The notes under the pieces: model-generated
The model's database searches: none
Told to the model about the DNA's origin: nothing
Seen by the model: the letters and a program-made list of their open reading frames with translations, nothing else
Made by a program: the position numbers and the translations under genes
Shown: one piece after another, positions 62,270-64,000 of the stretch
How the letters are laid out: each line of letters starts with the position of its first letter
Position numbering within the stretch: position 1 is the first letter of the stretch
Assembly (NCBI RefSeq): GCF_018977255.1
Contig: NW_024704754.1
Span: forward strand, 18,972,001 to 19,036,000
Source: Callorhinchus milii
Taxonomy: Eukaryota
DNA length: 64,000 nucleotides
Direction: 5' to 3'

Positions 62270-62592
62270 CAACACTCGCCTCGCAAGCGAGACAACCTGG
62301 GTTTGATTCCCAGGACAGAGCAAAACATTGGGCAAGTTTTCTTATTCCACACACCGAGCAGTAAATAGGAATCTGGTTGTTAGTGGATTGCTGGATCACC
62401 TTTTCCCGGGGGTAATAATCCTTTAAAAAAACAAATCTAGTACTCAATCAACGACTGTTTGTGGGACGCTGCTGTGTGCAATTGGCTGCCGCGTTTTGCC
62501 CACAAAATACACAGTCACAACACTTTACAGTATATTCTGTGAAGCGCTTTGAGACATCTCGAAGATGTGATAAGACGCTGTATCAATGCAAG
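62270..62592 (+). mobile_element. SINE in CAMK2A intron 2
   Basis: Partial head (ctcgcctcgcaagcgag), body and tail. Confidence 0.85.
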
Positions 62593-64000
62593 GAAATGGC
62601 CAGCACTTTGACGGACCCAATAAATCAATGGTGAGCAAAATGGAGTTTGTTTTATGTGAAGAAAACCTTTATTTTCTGAAAACAATTACATTCCTTGGCT
62701 ATTTTTGTCAGGTGATTATTATAATAATAATCCTTGTATTTGATGTAGCGCATTATCACGTCGTTGAGACGTCTCAAAGCGCTTCACAGGATATACCATA
62801 AAATGAATTGACTGTGTGTTTTGTGGGTGGATTGTTGGTTTGACACTATCCAGTGTCTAATTGGTGTTGGTGGGTTCAGTGTCTCGATACCATGACTGCA
62901 AATAATTAAGTTAACAAATTATGCTAATCAACCTCATCTCGGAGAGAACCATTTGCGTGTAGATAAATAACAGAGCAGTGTGACCCCATGTTAGCCTCTC
63001 ACTAAACATCACTGACAGAATGATCCTCAGAGTCTCTCTGCTGTCCCACAGCTGACTGTTCACACAGTGCTTAGAGCTACATGATCTTATCATGTGGCAC
63101 AATGTTACAGTGAAAGGTTTCCTGTCTAATAGGTTATCTTTCTCTGACACCCGACCTCCACCCCCTCCCTCCCTCTCTGCCTCTCCCTCTCCTCTCTCTC
63201 TCTATTGTATCAATATAATAATGCTCATTGCTCCTCTGAAATGTTCTCTCCTGTCCTCCTACGCTTTAAATCCTCCTCTTACAATTTCAATCTAAACCAC
63301 CTACGTGAAGAAACGTCCTCAGTTCAGATCCAATGTTCCTTACCCAGCCAGTGGTGTCGAACACTGTGAGATGTACCCCCCCCCCCCCCCCGATGTGAAG
63401 GTACTATATAAATGTAAATGCTATTGTGTTGTAGAGTATTGTCTCCTTTCCCATTCTGGCTTCACTGCGCTGCCTCTTTTAAGATTGCTTTTGTTGCCAT
63501 AGTGACATAAGGATGTTCCTGTACATATCAGTTGACTAAATGGATCTGATAAACGTTGTAGGAAATGACCAACAATCAATGCAAAAACTACTCGCAAAGA
63601 CATGTCATCTCTTACAGATGAATTTGGATGATTGTAATTTGTGTGACTATCCCAGCACATTACTGGGGGAGCTGCAACATTGCAAGTGTTATCCTTCAGA
63701 TAAAACATTAAACTGCTGCCTGGTCATGATGATGGTGTCAGGAGGAAACCTGGGTTACAGTATTTACAATGTGCACAAAATAAGAAATGTTACCACCGAG
63801 TAAAATCAACACCTTATAATAATAATAATTAATAATAATCCTTGCATTTGCCTTATCACATCAATGAGACGTCTCAAAGCACTTCACAGACCGTACTGTA
63901 AAGTGAATGGATTGTGTAGTTTGTGGGCAAAACGCGGCAGCCATTATATATTTTGAACAATTCCAGGTAGTTTTGTCTTTCTAAGAATGGTGCAAGGTCA

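Overview
This is not prokaryotic DNA. It is a repeat-rich vertebrate genomic scaffold with three N-gaps. The SINE/CR1 repeat types point to a cartilaginous fish, possibly a chimaera; that assignment is inference. Most ORF-track entries are noise, because the real genes are spliced. Four genes lie on the + strand in the conserved jawed-vertebrate order. (1) RPS14, last exon only. (2) CD74, the MHC class II invariant chain: 10 coding exons that join into one frame of about 320 aa. (3) ARSI, arylsulfatase I: 2 exons, with an apparent 1-nt deletion near 37740. (4) CAMK2A, exons 1-2 only. TCOF1, which lies between CD74 and ARSI in mammals, was not found in that interval. The remainder is dominated by about 45 copies or fragments of a tRNA-derived (ATT)n-tailed SINE, CR1 and L2 LINE fragments, and several minisatellites. 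Most notable observations: an extra symmetric CD74 exon carrying a second CLIP-like motif (MMxxPMxxD); a palindromic repeat with a degenerate hammerhead-ribozyme-like core; the ARSI frameshift; and a ~175-bp direct repeat flanking the RPS14 terminal exon. No CRISPR arrays, operons or true tRNA/rRNA genes are supported.
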